Source: Candidatus Polarisedimenticolia bacterium (GTDB lineage: Bacteria > Chloroflexota > Limnocylindria > Limnocylindrales > CSP1-4). From it: DNA of 64,000 nt. The DNA is taken from positions 1,021 through 65,020 of the forward strand of contig DASRJS010000109.1 in NCBI GenBank assembly GCA_035649355.1, written 5' to 3'. Both the position numbers and the translations under genes were made by a program. This document shows positions 46,010 to 55,281 of this stretch, in pieces. A model generated the notes under the pieces. The model saw nothing but the letters and a program-made list of their open reading frames with translations. It ran no database searches and was not told the origin of the DNA. The first letter of the stretch is position 1, and each line of letters starts with the position of its first letter.

Positions 46010-46297
46010 ATGCCGCCCATGGAAATGAGCACGCTCGTCACGCAGAACGAGTTCCGCGCGGGACCCGACCAGCGGATCGTCGTCTACCACGTCGGCGACA
46101 CCGGCGAGGAGCTCAACCCGGTCGCGATCTTCGCGGAGATCGCGGAGGACGCCGCGAAGCGCGCCGATCAGGGCCAGCGGATCGTGACGATCTCGTCGCT
46201 GTCGACACGCCATTCGGGCGCATATCTTGGACGTCAGGGCAGCGGCTTCGAAACGAAGGCCTCGATCGCGGTCGTCTACGAGGACCGCCGGCCCTAG
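46010..46297 (+). CDS. hypothetical small protein
   Basis: 95 aa protein (MPPMEMSTLVTQNEFRAGPDQRIVVYHVGDTGEELNPVAIFAEIAEDAAKRADQGQRIVTISSLS...). It is the in-frame tail of a longer artefactual ORF. There is no clear SD. Confidence 0.4.
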   Translation: MPPMEMSTLVTQNEFRAGPDQRIVVYHVGDTGEELNPVAIFAEIAEDAAKRADQGQRIVTISSLSTRHSGAYLGRQGSGFETKASIAVVYEDRRP

Positions 46298-48288
46298 CCT
46301 CGCTGCGCCGTGGCGCGGATCGCTTCGAGCAGCCGCGGATCGTCGAGGGCGGAGAGGTCACCGGGGTCCAGCCCAAGGTAAGCGGCGCGCACGACGCGCC
46401 GCATGACCTTGCCGGAGCGGGTCTTCGGGAGCGCCGGGATCACGGCCACGACATCCGGTTTTAGCGCTTTACCAAGCTCGCGTGCTACCACGCTGCCAAT
46501 CGAGGCGCGGAGATCGGGCGAATCCGTTTCGCCCGGTCGAAGGACGCAGAAGACGGCAATCGACTCCCCCTTCACGTCGTGCGGGATGCCAACGGCCGCA
46601 GCTTCGACCACCGCGGGGTGGGCCACGGCCGCGCTTTCGACTTCGGCCGGCCCGACGCGCTTGCCCGCGACCTTGAGCGTGTCGTCCGAACGGCCCTGGA
46701 TGTACCAGTAGCCATCTGGGTCGATGAGCGCCCAGTCGCCGTGGACCCAGATGCCCGGGAAGCGCGACCAGTACGTCTCGACGTAGCGATCCGGGTCGCG
46801 CCAGAAGCCGCGCGTCATGCCCGGAAGCGGCTGCCGAATGACGAGCTCGCCGACCTCGCCGCGCACGGGCTGACCTGAGGCGTCCACGACGTCGGCGGCG
46901 ACGCCGACCTGGGGCCCGCCGAACGACGTCGGCCGCAGCGGCGTCAGCGGATTGCCGGACACGATCCCGCCGGAGACTTCCGTCCCGCCGCTGTAGTTGA
47001 TGACCGGACAACGGCCGCCACCGATCTCGCGGAAATACCACCACCAGGGCTCGGGATTCCAGGGCTCGCCGGTCGAACCGAGAACGCGGAGCGAAGACAG
47101 ATCGTGGGCTCGAACCGGATCCTCGCCGTGGACCATCAGCGCCCGGATGACCGTCGGCGATAGGCCGAGATGCGTGATCCGATGCCGCTCGACGATTGAC
47201 CAGAGCCGGTCTGGCCCCGGGAAATCCGGCGTGCCCTCGTAGAGCACAAGCCGCGCGCCGAGCAGCAGCGACCCCGAGATCGCCCACGGACCCATCATCC
47301 AGCCGAGGTCGGTGAACCAGAACAGCGTGTCGCCGCGTCCGAGGTCGAAGCTGTGCGCGAGGTCCTGTGCGCCTTTGATCGGGAAGCCGCCGTGGACGTG
47401 GACCGCGCCCTTCGGCCGGCCCGTCGTGCCCGACGTGTAGATCAGCATGTACGGCGTTTCGGGGTCGGTCGTCTGTCGTTCGAGCCCGTTCGAAGGCATC
47501 GACGTCGCCGCCAGCGCGGTGTCCCACCAGACGTCGCGCTCGGCCGACCACGGCGTCTCGGGAGCGGCATCCCCAAGCCTTCGAACGACCAACGTACATT
47601 TGACCGTCGGCGCCGATGCAACCGCTTCATCCGCGACGGCCTTGAGCCCAACGAGCCCGCCCCGCCGACGGAACCCGTCTGCCGTGATGAGGAGCGAGGC
47701 CTCGCAGTCGTTGAGCCGCGATGCGATCGCCGTCGCGCCGTAGCCACTGAAGATCGGCGTGTAAATGGCTTCGATGAGGCCGAGGGCCAGAACGCTGATC
47801 ACGGTCTCGGGGAGCATCGGCAGGAGGATCCCGACCCGGTCGCCAGCCTTTACGCCGAGGCCCTGGAGCATGACCGCGGCCCACTCCACGTGGTGCCGCA
47901 GCTCGGCATTCGTGAACGTTCGAACCTCGCCCTCCTCGCCTTCCCAGACGAGCGCCTCGCCGTCCGGGTCGCTCGAGGCCCGTCCATCGAGGCAGGCGGC
48001 GGCGTAGTTGAAGGCGCCGCCGATCCACCAGCGGGTCCACTCGGGGCCACCTGAAGCGTCCAGAACGGACCGAGGACGGCGCGCCCAGGGGATCGTGATG
48101 TCGTCCGACGCCAGGCCCCAGAACCACGCCGGGTCCGCCGCGGCGTGAGCCTGCAGCGCTTCCAGTGATGGCTCACCAGACGCCCGCACGAGGCCAGCGA
48201 GCCGGCTCTCGGCCAGGTCACGCGGCGATGGCCGCCAGGGCGCGTCGGGGACGTCGCGGCCGAAGATCGGCCACTCGGGGGCGGCCAC
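46294..48288 (-). CDS. AMP-forming acetyl-/acetoacetyl-CoA synthetase
   Basis: 664 aa protein. AMP-binding motifs YTSGTTGRPKG and the C-terminal lysine region SGKVMRR are present. The Acs-like N-terminal extension is present. Confidence 0.8.
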   Translation of the reverse strand: MAAPEWPIFGRDVPDAPWRPSPRDLAESRLAGLVRASGEPSLEALQAHAAADPAWFWGLASDDITIPWARRPRSVLDASGGPEWTRWWIGGAFNYAAACLDGRASSDPDGEALVWEGEEGEVRTFTNAELRHHVEWAAVMLQGLGVKAGDRVGILLPMLPETVISVLALGLIEAIYTPIFSGYGATAIASRLNDCEASLLITADGFRRRGGLVGLKAVADEAVASAPTVKCTLVVRRLGDAAPETPWSAERDVWWDTALAATSMPSNGLERQTTDPETPYMLIYTSGTTGRPKGAVHVHGGFPIKGAQDLAHSFDLGRGDTLFWFTDLGWMMGPWAISGSLLLGARLVLYEGTPDFPGPDRLWSIVERHRITHLGLSPTVIRALMVHGEDPVRAHDLSSLRVLGSTGEPWNPEPWWWYFREIGGGRCPVINYSGGTEVSGGIVSGNPLTPLRPTSFGGPQVGVAADVVDASGQPVRGEVGELVIRQPLPGMTRGFWRDPDRYVETYWSRFPGIWVHGDWALIDPDGYWYIQGRSDDTLKVAGKRVGPAEVESAAVAHPAVVEAAAVGIPHDVKGESIAVFCVLRPGETDSPDLRASIGSVVARELGKALKPDVVAVIPALPKTRSGKVMRRVVRAAYLGLDPGDLSALDDPRLLEAIRATAQRG

Positions 48289-48313
48289 GTGGCGATCCTA
48301 CTAGGATCGGCCG

Positions 48314-48760
48314 ATGCGCAGACGGATCGCCAACCTCGTCGCGGCCGCGATCCTGCTCTCTGCCTGCGACTCCCTTCGGGGCTCGCCCCCGGCGCCGACG
48401 CCGGGCAGCTTCGGCGACTTCGCGATCGAGCTGCGAGCGAGGGGCATCGAGATCGAGAACGTCATCTCCGGCGATCCGGGCTGCAACGACGTGACGCTCG
48501 CGCCGATGGCGATCGCCTTCCGTGCCTCAGGCCTTGACCAGGCGGGCCCGGTCCAGCTCCGGATCTATCTCTTCGGGGACGATGACGCGTACAGCCGCCG
48601 GCGCGCCGACGTCGACACGTGCGTCCAGACCTGGGCGACCGATCCCGCCACGTTCGAGTTCGTGGATGCGAGCCCGTTCGTGCTTGCCGGTCAGGGTCCG
48701 TGGGCCGCGGACTTCACGTCGAACCTTCGGGCCGCGGTGACGAACGCTGCGGGCGACTGA
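48314..48760 (+). CDS. hypothetical lipoprotein
   Basis: Signal peptide with lipobox LLSACDS. 148 aa. Confidence 0.5.
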   Translation: MRRRIANLVAAAILLSACDSLRGSPPAPTPGSFGDFAIELRARGIEIENVISGDPGCNDVTLAPMAIAFRASGLDQAGPVQLRIYLFGDDDAYSRRRADVDTCVQTWATDPATFEFVDASPFVLAGQGPWAADFTSNLRAAVTNAAGD

Positions 48761-48763
48761 GCC

Positions 48764-49930
48764 TCAGACGACGCGCAGTCCCAGGATCTTGCGGGCGATG
48801 ACGAGCCGCTGAACCTGGCTCGTGCCCTCGCCAATCTCTGTGAGCTTCGCGTCGCGGAGGTAGCGCTCCACCGGGTAGTCGGTCACGTAGCCATAGCCGC
48901 CATGGACCTGGATCGCGGCGTTCGTCGCCCGCGAGGAGACCTCCGAGGCGAACAGCTTGGCCTCGGCCGCGGCCAGCGAGTAGTCGCGGCCCTGGTCCTT
49001 GAGCCAGGCCGACCGGTACACCAGCGCCCGGGCGGCTTCGATCTCGGTCGCCATGTCGGCGATCATGAACGCGACGCCCTGGAACGACCCGATCGGGCGG
49101 CCGAACTGCTCGCGCGTCTGCGCATACGGCACCGCAGCGTCGAGCGCCGCCTGCGCGAGACCAAGGGCCAGGGCGCCAATCGAGATCCGGCCGCCGTCGA
49201 GGATCTTGAGGAACGTCCGGAAGCCGTCGCCGCGCGGTCCGAGCATGTTCGCTGCCGGCAGGCGGCAGTCGTCGAAGTGGAGCTCGCCGGTCGCCGAGGC
49301 GTGCAGGCCCAGCTTGTCCTCCAGCCGGCCGACCCGAAAGCCCGGCGTATCGGCGGGCAGGATGAACGCGCTGATCTCGGCGCTGTCGTCGTCCTTCGAA
49401 CCTGTCCGGGCGGTGATGACGTAGGTTCCCGCCTGGCCGGCGTTCGTGATGAAGCGCTTGCCGCCGTTGATGACCCAGGTACCGCCGTCGGGGCCGTCCT
49501 CGTGGACGCCGGTGGTCCGCGTCCCACCTGCGTCCGAGCCGGCGCCCGGTTCGGTCAGCCCGTACGCGCCGATGACCTTGCCGCTGGCCATCGGGACGAG
49601 GAATTTCTCGATCTGTTCGGGCGTCCCGGCGAGGTGCAGCGGACCGCAGCCCAGCGACGTGTGCGCCGCGACGATCAGGCCCAGCGAGCCCCAGACCCGC
49701 CCGATTTCCTCGATCGCGATTGCATACGCGAGCGTGTCGAGACCGCTGCCGCCTTCCTCTTCCGGGAACGGGATGCCCAGCCAACCCATCTCGCCGAGCC
49801 GCTTGACGACCTCGACCGGGAACTTGCGCTCCCGCTCGTGCTCCTCGACGACCGGGGCGACCTCGTTGACCATGAACTCGCGGATGGTGTCGCGGAGGAG
49901 GCGATGCTCGGCGGAGAGGTCGAGGTCCAT
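48764..49930 (-). CDS. acyl-CoA dehydrogenase (short/medium-chain type)
   Basis: ACAD motifs are present (GLTEPGAGSDAGGTRTT; QVHGGYGYVTDYPVERYLRDAK). The start was taken at the MDLDLSAEHRLL Met. The track ORF extends upstream to 50125 with a TTG start. Confidence 0.85.
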   Translation of the reverse strand: MDLDLSAEHRLLRDTIREFMVNEVAPVVEEHERERKFPVEVVKRLGEMGWLGIPFPEEEGGSGLDTLAYAIAIEEIGRVWGSLGLIVAAHTSLGCGPLHLAGTPEQIEKFLVPMASGKVIGAYGLTEPGAGSDAGGTRTTGVHEDGPDGGTWVINGGKRFITNAGQAGTYVITARTGSKDDDSAEISAFILPADTPGFRVGRLEDKLGLHASATGELHFDDCRLPAANMLGPRGDGFRTFLKILDGGRISIGALALGLAQAALDAAVPYAQTREQFGRPIGSFQGVAFMIADMATEIEAARALVYRSAWLKDQGRDYSLAAAEAKLFASEVSSRATNAAIQVHGGYGYVTDYPVERYLRDAKLTEIGEGTSQVQRLVIARKILGLRVV

Positions 49931-50009
49931 CCGGGCGAGGGTAGCAGCGGCGGGTGCGCCCGACCCCACTCGCGGCGCGTCGGGAGCGCCAGTGCTAGCC
50001 TCGCTGGCG

Positions 50010-50714
50010 ATGTCTGAGCGCGTCTTGCCGGCCGTCACGCCCGCGAGCTCCAGCCGCCCGCCGGCAGCCGCCGCGACAACGCCGTCGACGCTCCGGCGCG
50101 AGATCCTCGTCCACCTCCGCCGCAACGGGCCGACGTCGCCCGACGGCCTCGCCGCCGCGCTCGCAGCGAGCCGAACCGGAGTCCTCCAGCAGCTCCACGC
50201 CCTCGAATCGGCGAACCTCGTCCAGCACGTGCTGGAACGCCACGGTGTCGGCCGGCCGAGACACCTCTATGACGTCACTGCCGACGCGCAGGACCTCTTT
50301 CCCGAGGACTACGACGGGCTCGCGTCCGGCCTCCTGACCGCGATCGCCTCGATCGGCGGCGACGAGCTGATCGAGCAGGTCTTCGCCGCGCGGCGGCGCC
50401 AGATCGGCGACCGCGTTCGACGCGAGATGGACGACATCCTTCCGCCGGGCGCCACGTTGACGGAGCGGGTCATGCTCCTCGCCGCGATCCAGGATCGCGC
50501 CGGCTACCTCGCTGACGCCCGACCCGAAGAAGGCGGCCTGCGTCTCGTCGAGCGGAACTGTGCGATCCACCATGTGGCACAGAACCAGCCGGCGGCATGC
50601 GCCGCCGAGCTTGCCCTCTTCAGCGAGGTTCTCGACGCGGACGTGGTCCGCGAGAGCCACATCGCCTCGGGCGAGCGCTGCTGCTCGTACAAGATCAGCG
50701 CCCGCCCGGACTGA
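50010..50714 (+). CDS. HTH transcriptional regulator (ArsR-like wHTH N-terminus, Cys-containing C-terminal domain)
   Basis: wHTH region LRREILVHLRRNGPTSPDGLAAALAASRTGVLQQLHALESANLV. The ATG at 50010 was chosen over the long upstream artefactual extension. Confidence 0.55.
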   Translation: MSERVLPAVTPASSSRPPAAAATTPSTLRREILVHLRRNGPTSPDGLAAALAASRTGVLQQLHALESANLVQHVLERHGVGRPRHLYDVTADAQDLFPEDYDGLASGLLTAIASIGGDELIEQVFAARRRQIGDRVRREMDDILPPGATLTERVMLLAAIQDRAGYLADARPEEGGLRLVERNCAIHHVAQNQPAACAAELALFSEVLDADVVRESHIASGERCCSYKISARPD

Positions 50715-50735
50715 ACCTCGCCCGAACTCGGCCGC

Positions 50736-51791
50736 TCAGGCCTCCTCGCGCTCGACGACCTCGCGTCGCGCCGGCTCGAGAACGGGCATCGCGACGTCCG
50801 AGACGTTCCGCACGAACGACGCGGCCATCGCCGTCGCGGCGACGTGCTCCTGCTCCTCGACCGACAGGATGCCCAGCCGGCCCAGCGTCGCGAGCTCGTC
50901 GCGGATGTACGTCTTGAGCATCTCAGGGCCGTCGGTCGAGATCGTGAAACGGACCTCGTTGCGCCGGAACGTGTCGAAGATCCAGCGGAACTCGTCCCAG
51001 CCCGAGACGACCTTCGTGTTCAGGTTCGAGGTCGGGCAGATCTCGAGCACGATGCCGCGCTCGCGGATCATCGCCATCGCCCGCGGGTCGTACGCCGCTT
51101 TCACGCCGTGGCCGATCCGGTCCGGCTCGAGGATCTCGACGACGCGCGCCACCTCGTCGACCGGGCCGGCCTCACCGGTATGGATGGTGATCCCAAGGCC
51201 GAACTGACGGGCTCGCCGGAACAGCCGCTTGTAGTCGGCCACGCGGAAGGTCGCGGACTCGGGTCCAGCGATATCGACGCCGACGACGCCACGATCGCGC
51301 CAGGTGATCGCCTTCTCGACGATGATCTCGTTGAGGTCGTACGAAAACGCGCGGTCGAGGCAGAAGATCAAGCCTGGCTTGGCGGGGTATTCGAGCGTCG
51401 CGCGGTCCATGCCCCGGACCGCCGCCGCGATGATGTGGTCGAGGTCCTGCTCGCCGCCCCGGTTTCGCTTCATCGGGTTGAAGCGCAGCTCCATCGTCGT
51501 GACGTTGTTCTTCCGGTACGCGCCGCCAACGACCTCGTAGACGCTCCGTTCGACCGCCAGCGGCGAGCTCTGGATGAGCTCGGTCCAGTGGAAGAGCTGC
51601 AGGTAGCCCTCGAACGACTTCGTGCCGCGCGCGTTGACCGTGATCAGCTGCCGGAACTCCCAATAGTCCTTCGTCGGCAGCTTGATGCCCTGCGAGTGGG
51701 CGATGCCCCACATGATCGCCGGGGTCACCGCCGCGCCCAGGTGGCAGTGCAGCTCGGCGAGCGGGATCTTGCGAGAGAGCAGATGCGGCAT
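50736..51791 (-). CDS. adenosine/AMP deaminase-family metal-dependent hydrolase
   Basis: Metal-binding ELHCHLGAA and the C-terminal HTGE/DxHG-type regions are present (ITIHTGEAG; RIGHGV). Confidence 0.75.
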   Translation of the reverse strand: MPHLLSRKIPLAELHCHLGAAVTPAIMWGIAHSQGIKLPTKDYWEFRQLITVNARGTKSFEGYLQLFHWTELIQSSPLAVERSVYEVVGGAYRKNNVTTMELRFNPMKRNRGGEQDLDHIIAAAVRGMDRATLEYPAKPGLIFCLDRAFSYDLNEIIVEKAITWRDRGVVGVDIAGPESATFRVADYKRLFRRARQFGLGITIHTGEAGPVDEVARVVEILEPDRIGHGVKAAYDPRAMAMIRERGIVLEICPTSNLNTKVVSGWDEFRWIFDTFRRNEVRFTISTDGPEMLKTYIRDELATLGRLGILSVEEQEHVAATAMAASFVRNVSDVAMPVLEPARREVVEREEA

Positions 51792-51919
51792 TCGTCGTCA
51801 GGATATCGGCGGAGTCGGCTCGTCGCATGTGGCCCGCTTGGCGTTCCGCCCATGTAACGGACGGGGCGCACGGACGTCTCTTCCACGCAGCCCCCGATGC
51901 TGCCTGGAGGGACGATGCC

Positions 51920-53182
51920 ATGACGAGCGCGCGTGAGCCCGGCTTCCCGGGCGCGGAGATCATCGAAGAGCCCACGAAGGGTCAGCCACCGGTCGAACCC
52001 CGCGACCGGCGTGCGTTCCTGGCCGCGCTCGCCGGCGCTGGCGCCGGTGCCGCAGCCGTCGCGCTGGCAGCACCGGCAGCGGTTCTCGGTGCGCCTCCGG
52101 GACCCCCAGTCGCGACCTTCACCAGCCCCGACGCTGACCCTGCGCTCCTTGGCAAGAACACTGGCACCGGCCCCGGTCTCAAAGGGCTGAGCACGGGCTC
52201 AGGTGGTGACGGTGTGTGGGGCGAACGAACCGGTAGCGGCGATGGATCAGGTGTCGTCGGGTTCCGCGGCGACAACGGCGGCGGGTACGCAGTCGCGGGC
52301 CTTCGTTACGGATCCGGCAGCGGCGCCGCCGTGCGAGCCGAGCGCCATGACGATGGGGACGGCAACGGCGTCCGAGCGATCCGCGATGGCTCCGGGCCTG
52401 GCAACGGCCTGGAGGCGGAACGAGTCGACGATGGCGAAGGAGACGCGGTCCGCGGGAACAAGGGTGGACCGGGCGTAGGCCACGGCCTTCACATCGACAA
52501 GTCGGGCGACGGCTACGGCTACGCCGCCCATCTGTTCAAGACCGGTGCCGGCGAAGGTCCAGGCGTCCAGATCGACCACGAGGGCACCGCCGCCGGCGAG
52601 GCGCTCCTCGTCGCCCGATTCGGCGACGCAGACGGAGCCGCGATCCGCGGCGCCAGGACTGGCGGCGGCGGGGGCACCGGAGTCCGTGGCGACAACGACA
52701 GTCCCGCGCCCGGCCATGCGATTGAGGCGAGCCGGAGCGGCCCGGGCGAGGGCGATTCGATCATCTCGGACCGAACAGGTTCCGGCCATGGTGCTGCGGT
52801 CTCGGCGTACAAGCACGATGACGGGACGGGCTTTGCGCTGTTCGGCGACCACGATGGCTCGGCCGAGGGAGATGCGCTCTTTGCTCGCCGCACGAACGGC
52901 CCGGGCGCGGCGGTTCACGCGGTCGGGGACCTCGGCCTCCTCGTGGAGGGTCGCTCCAGGTTCAGCACGGTCGGTTTCGGTCACGTCGACTCCGGGCAGT
53001 CGCAGGCGACGGTCGACATTGGATCGGCCAACAGCCACGTAACGGTTTCGCTCATCACCGACCCCGGGGCGGCGGTTGCCGTGTCCTGGATCGAGCGAGC
53101 CGACGAGACGTTCACGGTCCACCTGACCGGCACGGTGTCGGTCGAGACGGTCTTCAGCTACCTGGTGGTCGACCCGGTATAG
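51920..53182 (+). CDS. Tat-secreted protein built from about 20 copies of a 13-residue Gly-rich repeat
   Basis: Tat-like signal RRAFLAALAGAGAGAAAVALAAPA. A repeat unit of type GSGxGxAVRAxRxDDGDGxGVRAxRx recurs. GGAGGG lies 8 nt upstream of the ATG. Confidence 0.55.
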   Translation: MTSAREPGFPGAEIIEEPTKGQPPVEPRDRRAFLAALAGAGAGAAAVALAAPAAVLGAPPGPPVATFTSPDADPALLGKNTGTGPGLKGLSTGSGGDGVWGERTGSGDGSGVVGFRGDNGGGYAVAGLRYGSGSGAAVRAERHDDGDGNGVRAIRDGSGPGNGLEAERVDDGEGDAVRGNKGGPGVGHGLHIDKSGDGYGYAAHLFKTGAGEGPGVQIDHEGTAAGEALLVARFGDADGAAIRGARTGGGGGTGVRGDNDSPAPGHAIEASRSGPGEGDSIISDRTGSGHGAAVSAYKHDDGTGFALFGDHDGSAEGDALFARRTNGPGAAVHAVGDLGLLVEGRSRFSTVGFGHVDSGQSQATVDIGSANSHVTVSLITDPGAAVAVSWIERADETFTVHLTGTVSVETVFSYLVVDPV

Positions 53183-53188
53183 GTGGCC

Positions 53189-54280
53189 TCAGCCCGCCAG
53201 CGGCACGACGCGGCCGGAGTCGTCGAGGGTCGCCTGCCGGCGGCGCAGGGCCTTGAGCTCTGCGCCGGGGACCTGGTCGCGGGCGTGGTAGCTGGAACGC
53301 ACGAGCGGGCCTGACTCGACGTGCTTGAAGCCGAGGGCGAGGGCCTCGGCCTTCATCTCCGCGAACTCGTCGGGGTGGTAGTAGCGCTCCAGCAGCAGGT
53401 GCTTCGGCGACGGGCGGAGGTACTGGCCGATGGTGAGGATGTCGGTGTCGACGGCCCGCAGGGCTTCGAACGCCTCGGTCAGCTCGGGGCGCGTCTCGCC
53501 GAGCCCGACCATCAGCGAGCTCTTCGTGTGGACCGCGTGGTTGAGCTCGCCGGCGTAGGCCTTCGAACGCTCGAGAACGCCGAGCGAGCGGTCCCAGCGC
53601 GCGCGCTTCCGGACGGGCTTCTGGAGCCTTCGAACGGTCTCGAGGTTGTGGTTGAGGATGTCCGGCCCGGCCTCCATGACCGCCCGAAGCGGCGCTTCGG
53701 CGCCGTTGAAATCCGGGATCAGGACCTCCACGCCCATGCCGGGGCAACGGTCGCGGAGCTGCCGAATCGTCGCAGCGAATGCGCTCGCGCCACCGTCTTC
53801 GAGGTCGTCGCGGGCAACGGACGTCACGACGACATGCTCCAGGTTTAGGTTCGCGACAGCTTCGGCGACGCGCCGCGGTTCGTCGTCATCGAACCATGTC
53901 GGCCGGCCGGTCTTGATGTTGCAGAAGCCGCAGGCCCGGGTGCAGGTGTCGCCGAGAATCATGATCGTCGCGGTCCGCTGATCCCAGCAGTCACCGATGT
54001 TCGGGCAGTGCGCCTCTTCGCAGACGGTGTTGAGGTTCAGTCCGCGGAGAATCCGCTTGAGGTCGTGGTAGTTCTCGCCTGACGGAATACGGGCTCGGAT
54101 CCAGTCCGGGTGCCGCCGAAGCGCCGCTGAACCGTCCGAAGCGGGCGCGAACTCACCGCCACCCATCGCGATCGAGATGGGCTCGTGCGCGCCGTGGGTG
54201 TGCGCGCCCGGCGGTTCGAACATCGGCAGCTCGCGGGCCATGGCCCGAGTGTACGGCGGGCGTTCGGAGCCGTCAGTCAC
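53189..54280 (-). CDS. lipA: lipoyl synthase
   Basis: CEEAHCPNIGDCW and the radical-SAM motif CTRACGFCNI are present. The true start is probably downstream of the first Met. Confidence 0.9.
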   Translation of the reverse strand: MTDGSERPPYTRAMARELPMFEPPGAHTHGAHEPISIAMGGGEFAPASDGSAALRRHPDWIRARIPSGENYHDLKRILRGLNLNTVCEEAHCPNIGDCWDQRTATIMILGDTCTRACGFCNIKTGRPTWFDDDEPRRVAEAVANLNLEHVVVTSVARDDLEDGGASAFAATIRQLRDRCPGMGVEVLIPDFNGAEAPLRAVMEAGPDILNHNLETVRRLQKPVRKRARWDRSLGVLERSKAYAGELNHAVHTKSSLMVGLGETRPELTEAFEALRAVDTDILTIGQYLRPSPKHLLLERYYHPDEFAEMKAEALALGFKHVESGPLVRSSYHARDQVPGAELKALRRRQATLDDSGRVVPLAG

Positions 54281-55248
54281 GCGCGCCCCCAGGTATCCGC
54301 AACTCCCTGTTCGAGGCTACGCGGGTTGAAGCCCAGCTCGCGCGTCGCCTTGTCATGGCTCACCCAGTACGTCTTGCCTTCGTCCGCCGAGATCGTCTCG
54401 CGAAGGTTCCTCGGGAACCCAGGCAGCCCGCCGACGCGGTCGTTGAGCGGGGCGATGAGGCGCAGCAGCGCCAGTGGGACGCGCAGCCCGGGCGCTCGGC
54501 GCCCACCGACCCTTGCGGCGATCGCGATGGCCTCCCCGAGTCGGAGAATGTCCCCGCCGAGCGCATACGTCTCTCCCGGCCGGCCCCCGTCGAGCGCGGC
54601 GACGATCCCATCAGCCAGATCGTCGACGTGGACCCACGCGATCCCGGCGTCGGTGAATGCGAGGTAGCGAAGCTTGCCGTCATGGGCCAGCTGGAGCTGC
54701 CCGGAAGCGAGCGAGTGGTCGTGCGGGCCGAACGTCTGGCCGGGCTGGACGATGATGATTGGAGCGCCCGTCGCGATCCGCTTGAGCGCCTCCTCGTGGG
54801 CCCGGTATTTCGTCTCGTCGTACCAGGAGGCGAAGCCCTCCGCGAGGTCTCGACGATGGGTCTCGTCGACGGTCCGGCCGTGGGTGTCCCCTGCCACGTT
54901 GTTCGTCGAGACGTAGACGATCCGCGGAACGCCGGCAGCGATCGCGGCGTCCAGCACGCGTTCGGTCGCGCCCACATTCGAGTCCCACATCGCGCGCCGT
55001 TCGGCGCGCGGAATGCCGACCTTGTACGAGCCCGCAGCGTGAATGACGGCATCGGCACCCCGCATCGCCTCCGTCAGGGCTGGCACGCGGTCGAGGTCCG
55101 ACGCGACGAGCTCGACGATCGCGTGCTCGATGTGCTTCGCGTGATTCGGGTCACGGACCAGCGCGACGACGTTGTCGTGCCGGCGAACGAGCCGCTCCAC
55201 GATCGCCCGGCCGATGAACCCGGCGCCTCCGGTGATCACGACGCGCAC
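54277..55248 (-). CDS. NAD-dependent epimerase/dehydratase (SDR family)
   Basis: Rossmann motif VVITGGAGFIGRAIV. YxxxK-type catalytic region. Confidence 0.8.
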   Translation of the reverse strand: MRVVITGGAGFIGRAIVERLVRRHDNVVALVRDPNHAKHIEHAIVELVASDLDRVPALTEAMRGADAVIHAAGSYKVGIPRAERRAMWDSNVGATERVLDAAIAAGVPRIVYVSTNNVAGDTHGRTVDETHRRDLAEGFASWYDETKYRAHEEALKRIATGAPIIIVQPGQTFGPHDHSLASGQLQLAHDGKLRYLAFTDAGIAWVHVDDLADGIVAALDGGRPGETYALGGDILRLGEAIAIAARVGGRRAPGLRVPLALLRLIAPLNDRVGGLPGFPRNLRETISADEGKTYWVSHDKATRELGFNPRSLEQGVADTWGRA

Positions 55249-55281
55249 GGTCAGCCGCCGCCGCGCACGGTTGACCTGGGC

